Positions 33,787-35,791 of a stretch of DNA of 35,791 nt are shown one piece after another. Position 1 is the stretch's first letter, and each line of letters opens with the position of its first letter. The DNA is from Octopus bimaculoides (taxonomy: Eukaryota): NCBI RefSeq assembly GCF_001194135.2, contig NC_068986.1, forward strand, positions 57,510,384 through 57,546,174. Reading direction: 5' to 3'. Position numbers and translations under genes: made by a program. The notes beneath the pieces were generated by a model, which worked only from the letters and a program-made list of their open reading frames with translations, did not search any database and was not told the DNA's origin.

Positions 33787-34769
33787 CAAGGGTGGTGAGA
33801 GGAGAGAGTGTGGGTTAGAAACATGAGACACTGAAGTGAAACCAACAGAGAAATTGTAAATATAAGAGGGAGGGATCATAAATACAATTGCTGGCAAACG
33901 TTGCCATAAAAATTGAGCAGTTGATTACCTAATTGTATCATATAATCTCATAAATACTCGTACGCAAATTATTTTTGCATTGAAAACAAAATTAAATGAA
34001 GAAAATTACGTACATACTGATTCATAGAGAGACCTTGTAGAGGAGCAGACATACAAATATACACGAGTCAGTTTAAAGAGATCATTTTCATAGTGTAATT
34101 TCCAATGGTTAGAAAACTGATTTATATGCTTGTGTATATATTTTTTTACCCTAACATTCAATTATATTTGCATTATTATAACCAAAACTGTAAAATTACC
34201 GAATGTATTTTTTCTGCGACTAATGATTAAAATTTCTCTCATAGCCATTTTCTAGGGATTTGTATGGTAAATGTATAGTCTATTAACAATTTAATGTTTA
34301 AAAGATGTTAACTAGGAGGCAAATGATGCGACCAGTATAATAACTATATGAATGTGTTATTACATCGTTATGTAGCAGTATATGTATTTCAGTACAATAT
34401 TTTATTGCTATTTTCTATCGTATGATCGCTCGTATGGCTGGTCGAACACCCACTGAGCTGAGAGGGAGACGGTTTAGATTTTCTAGAAAATAATGTGATT
34501 TAAACGTGACCACTACATTTCATTCGCATTTCAGATAACAAAACCAGTTGCTAAATGAGTATATTAAAATTCGAACCATCAGCTAAATGGATGACCGTTC
34601 ACTCTCGTATTGCATAGCATCCCTTTTGTTTTACTAACTACTCCCCGAACGAAAATCTTTGAAATGGGATGAAAATACTAAGAAACATTGAAGTATTAAA
34701 CGTGCATTACTCATAATAAAATTAAACTCAGTCTCCATATTTGCTTTATATATATATATATATATATAT

Positions 34770-35110
34770 NNNNNNNNNNNNNNNNNNNNNNNNNNNNNNN
34801 NNNNNNNNNNNNNNNNNNNNNNNNNNNNNNNNNNNNNNNNNNNNNNNNNNNNNNNNNNNNNNNNNNNNNNNNNNNNNNNNNNNNNNNNNNNNNNNNNNNN
34901 NNNNNNNNNNNNNNNNNNNNNNNNNNNNNNNNNNNNNNNNNNNNNNNNNNNNNNNNNNNNNNNNNNNNNNNNNNNNNNNNNNNNNNNNNNNNNNNNNNNN
35001 NNNNNNNNNNNNNNNNNNNNNNNNNNNNNNNNNNNNNNNNNNNNNNNNNNNNNNNNNNNNNNNNNNNNNNNNNNNNNNNNNNNNNNNNNNNNNNNNNNNN
35101 NNNNNNNNNN
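34770..35110. other. Assembly gap (N run)
   Basis: N run inside a (TA)n tract. Confidence 1.
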
Positions 35111-35244
35111 ATATATATATATATATGTATGTATATATATAAATGTGTATATATATATATGTATGTATATATATATATAGTGGGAATTTACAATAAAACA
35201 AAAGACAAAGACGGGTGTGTAAATAACAAACATACGTATTAGTT

Positions 35245-35362
35245 TAACGCTCGGAAAGTGAGAAAGTATTTTACGTTTCGAGCCAACGCTCTTCGACAGA
35301 AAGGAACACAGAAATAAACAGGGAGTGAAAATAGAAAAAGGTTTAATGGCTAGTGATCGATC
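35245..35362 (-). mobile_element. Second copy of the hammerhead-like-core remnant
   Basis: The minus strand reads GTGTTCCTTT-CTGTCGA-A-GAGC-GTTG-GCTC-GAAA-CGTAAAATACTTTCTC, matching 23946-23995. Confidence 0.55.
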
Positions 35363-35551
35363 TTGGCAAATGCCGGACAGAGGTCTCAAACAAGAGAGCT
35401 AGAAAGAAAGGGAGACAATAATGTAGGGGTGATCCCAATACGAAGGTGCGCGTGCATGTGTATGTGAGAGCGTGTATGTGCGTGTGGAAGGGGGCAGGTG
35501 ACATTGACGTGTGCGTGTGTGCATGTGTAGGTGTGTAGATGATGGTGTAGA

Positions 35552-35791
35552 TGCTGGGAAGTGGTCAATGCTACTGTGTGCGCTGATGTGGGTGCTGGAA
35601 AGTGGTCAGTGCTAGTGTGTTTGATATGGTGTACTAGTGTGTGTGATATGGTGTGATATGGTGGTATGATATGGTGTGGTGTGGTATGGTGGTGAGTGGT
35701 GTGGTGGTGTGGTGGTGTGGGAGTGTGGTGTGGTGGTGTGGTGTGTTGGTGTGGTGTGGTGGTGTGGTGGTGTGGTGTGGTGGTGTTGAGG
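35552..35791 (+). repeat. GT-rich satellite-like tract: 41-bp period duplication grading into GATATGGTGT and (GGTGT/GGT)n
   Basis: TGCTGGGAAGTGGTCAATGCTACTGTGT at 35552 vs TGCTGGAAAGTGGTCAGTGCTAGTGTGT at 35593, followed by simpler repeats to the window end. Confidence 0.85.

Noticed and set aside
797-35568. Most ORFs in the supplied track (poly-M, poly-L/V, HT/CV/YI/RE repeats, X-runs)
   Set aside because: They are translations of microsatellites, SINE bodies or N-gaps, with no recognisable domain.

Overview
AT-rich eukaryotic DNA with 7 N-gaps, very dense microsatellites and many tRNA-derived SINE copies. The SINE sequences and repeat density suggest an octopus/coleoid cephalopod draft scaffold (inference from recall, not a database hit). 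I find no supportable intact protein-coding gene, tRNA, rRNA or CRISPR array, and nearly all listed ORFs are microsatellite or gap artefacts, so this is probably intronic or intergenic DNA. Three SINE groups recur. Group A is ~215 bp. Group B is ~400 bp and composite, with a fixed internal microsatellite and a central domain shared with A. Group C copies share a head but have different tails. The most interesting signals are: (1) a ~700-bp foldback with 144-bp arms, 100% identical over the outer 83 bp and wrapped in mirror-image microsatellites (22883-23579); (2) a 194-bp foreign insert inside a SINE head carrying two 10-nt let-7 complementary sites (19162-19355); (3) an old ~450-bp local duplication with codon-like divergence (5441-5930 / 8818-9260); (4) two degenerate hammerhead-like cores in a Penelope-like remnant; (5) a duplicated block in which only three 13-14-nt motifs are perfectly conserved.
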